Below are positions 31,708-34,034 of a DNA stretch of 34,034 nt, in pieces. Both the position numbers and the translations under genes were made by a program. Origin of the DNA: an uncultured Verrucomicrobiota bacterium (GTDB taxonomy: Bacteria > Verrucomicrobiota > Verrucomicrobiia > Palsa-1439). The notes below the pieces were generated by a model. It saw only the letters and a list, made by a program, of their open reading frames with translations, made no database searches and had not been told where the DNA came from. The stretch covers positions 1-34,034 of the forward strand of contig CAZAQZ010000002.1 in the NCBI GenBank assembly GCA_964487175.1, given 5' to 3'. Within the stretch, counting starts at the first letter, position 1. Every line of letters starts with the position of its first letter.

Positions 31708-32286
31708 TTACGCGCGCTCGACCTGCCAGTACTCCAACTCGACCGGCGTCGATCGCCCAAAGATTGAAACCGAAATCTTAAGCTTCCCTCTGGCAGGATC
31801 GACTTCCTCGATCACGCCCGTAAAATTCTGAAATGGCCCGTCTGTCACTTTTACCGTTTCGCCCGTCTCAAATGCCACCTTCGGGGCTACCTTTTCCTGC
31901 CGCTCCTCGATTTGCGCCAGGATACTGTTTACCTCGTCGGGCTTCAGCGGCACCGGTCGTTCACCGCCAATGAATCCGATGATGCCCGGCGTGTCGCGAA
32001 CGAAATACCACGAACGTTCCACAAGCTGGTTCTTTTCATCGAGCAACTTCATGTGCGCCAGAATGTATCCCGGATAGAACTTCCGGGTGCTCGTTGTCTT
32101 CTTCCCTTTTTTAACCTCGGCGACTTTTTCAGTCGGGATCAGCACTTCCTTGATCAAGTCGCTCATCTCCTCCACCTTGAGGCGGCGCTCGATACTGTCC
32201 TTTACCTTTTGTTCCTGGCCGGAAAGCGTATGGATCACGAACCACTGGAATTCAGATTTGGTTTCTTGGTCTACCATCGCCCGCAT
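31708..32286 (-). CDS. nusG: Transcription termination/antitermination factor NusG
   Basis: 192 aa. …WFVIHTLSGQEQKVKDSIERRL…FPGYILAHM… and a C-terminal KOW motif (FETGETVKVTDGPFQNFTGVIEEVD). Position after secE. The start may be the ATG three codons downstream. Confidence 0.96.
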   Translation of the reverse strand: MRAMVDQETKSEFQWFVIHTLSGQEQKVKDSIERRLKVEEMSDLIKEVLIPTEKVAEVKKGKKTTSTRKFYPGYILAHMKLLDEKNQLVERSWYFVRDTPGIIGFIGGERPVPLKPDEVNSILAQIEERQEKVAPKVAFETGETVKVTDGPFQNFTGVIEEVDPARGKLKISVSIFGRSTPVELEYWQVERA

Positions 32287-32289
32287 CCT

Positions 32290-32490
32290 TTAAGTGGATC
32301 TCGTCAGGAGTCCGACGATTTTTACGAACACCAGGTCCGCAAACGCAACGAACAAACCCAATGCCAGAACCGTGACAATCACCACGATCGTCGAGTCAAT
32401 CAATTCCCGACGGGTTGGCCATGCCGACTTCTTCAGTTCGACAACGACCTCCATCAGAAACCCCTTCGTTTTGACAACTGGATTATCCAT
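32290..32490 (-). CDS. secE: Preprotein translocase subunit SecE
   Basis: 66 aa. …ELKKSAWPTRRELIDSTIVVIVTVLALGLFVAFADLVF has a single C-terminal TM segment. Position between tRNA-Trp and nusG. Confidence 0.93.
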   Translation of the reverse strand: MDNPVVKTKGFLMEVVVELKKSAWPTRRELIDSTIVVIVTVLALGLFVAFADLVFVKIVGLLTRST

Positions 32491-32514
32491 CGCGTTTAGT
32501 TCCGCCCTCTAAGC

Positions 32515-32590
32515 TGGCACGCCAGGAGGGACTTGAACCCCCAACCTACGGTTTTGGAGACCGTCGCTCTGCCAATTGAGCTACTGGCGT
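32515..32590 (-). tRNA. trnW: tRNA-Trp (anticodon CCA), CCA end encoded
   Basis: Folded by hand as 76 nt: acceptor ACGCCAG/CTGGCGT, D-arm GCTC…GAGC with G18G19, anticodon stem ACGGT/ACCGT, loop CT-CCA-AA, T-arm GGGGG-TTCAAGT-CCCTC, discriminator G73, 3' CCA. It sits in the classic position upstream of secE-nusG. Confidence 0.95.
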
Positions 32591-32632
32591 ATCCGCCCTG
32601 CGGCCTCGTCCGCGCCGAACCTCCGTTCCCGC

Positions 32633-32788
32633 TCACTTGGTTTCGCGGTGCGAGACGTGTTTCCCGCACTTCGGGCAGAACTTGCGCAACTCCAGCCGCT
32701 CGGAACCTTGCGCCCGCTTGTTCCGTGTCGACGTGTAATTGCGGTTCTTGCACTCCGTGCAGGCCAGTGTGATCAATTCTCTGGGCAT
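32633..32788 (-). CDS. rpmG: 50S ribosomal protein bL33 (Zn-binding form)
   Basis: Translated by hand because it is below the ORF-track cutoff: [51 protein letters not shown], 51 aa, ATG at 32788, TGA at 32633..32635. It has two CxxC pairs. Confidence 0.94.
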   Translation of the reverse strand: MPRELITLACTECKNRNYTSTRNKRAQGSERLELRKFCPKCGKHVSHRETK

Positions 32789-32814
32789 GTGACGTCAGCT
32801 CCGAATTCCCGTCG

Positions 32815-34005
<1,191 letters not shown>

Positions 34006-34034
34006 GCTCTCCTCCTGTCTGCCTCTCTAGATTA

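Overview
Almost the whole window (2254..34005, minus strand) is one uninterrupted run of 45 co-oriented translation and transcription housekeeping features. In transcription order they are: tuf, rpmG, tRNA-Trp, secE, nusG, rplK-rplA-rplJ-rplL, rpoB-rpoC, rpsL-rpsG-fusA, the S10 block (rpsJ to rpsQ), the spc block (rplN to secY, adk, map, infA, rpmJ) and the alpha block (rpsM, rpsK, rpsD, rpoA, rplQ). The run ends at a strong intrinsic terminator (2191..2232). No gap exceeds about 100 nt, and five gene junctions are 4-nt ATGA/GTGA overlaps. The left end holds a convergent dimeric-dUTPase-like gene (1788..2168, +). It also holds the 5' part of a large GAF-PAS-GAF-GAF sensor gene (1..1707/1728, minus), which runs off the window and is therefore missing from the ORF track. 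This is a very ordinary, highly conserved region. I see no CRISPR array, mobile element, defence-like cassette or multi-gene novel system. Two things do not fit the canonical layout. (1) A 252-codon ORF for a signal-peptide plus coiled-coil plus small beta-rich-domain protein sits between rpsS and rplV (14419..15177), tightly coupled to both. (2) rpsG (uS7) carries an in-frame TAA at codon 35, exactly where the conserved second Lys of the DGKKS motif belongs. Lesser oddities are low-complexity Ala/Pro/Lys-rich extensions on uS11, bL17 and uS5, absence of rpmD (L30), a 43-nt map/infA overlap, and a few structured spacers. Gene order and protein sequences suggest a PVC-type (Verrucomicrobia-like) bacterium, but that is only an impression. 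Three short genes below the ORF-track cutoff were found by hand: rpmJ, rpmG and tRNA-Trp.
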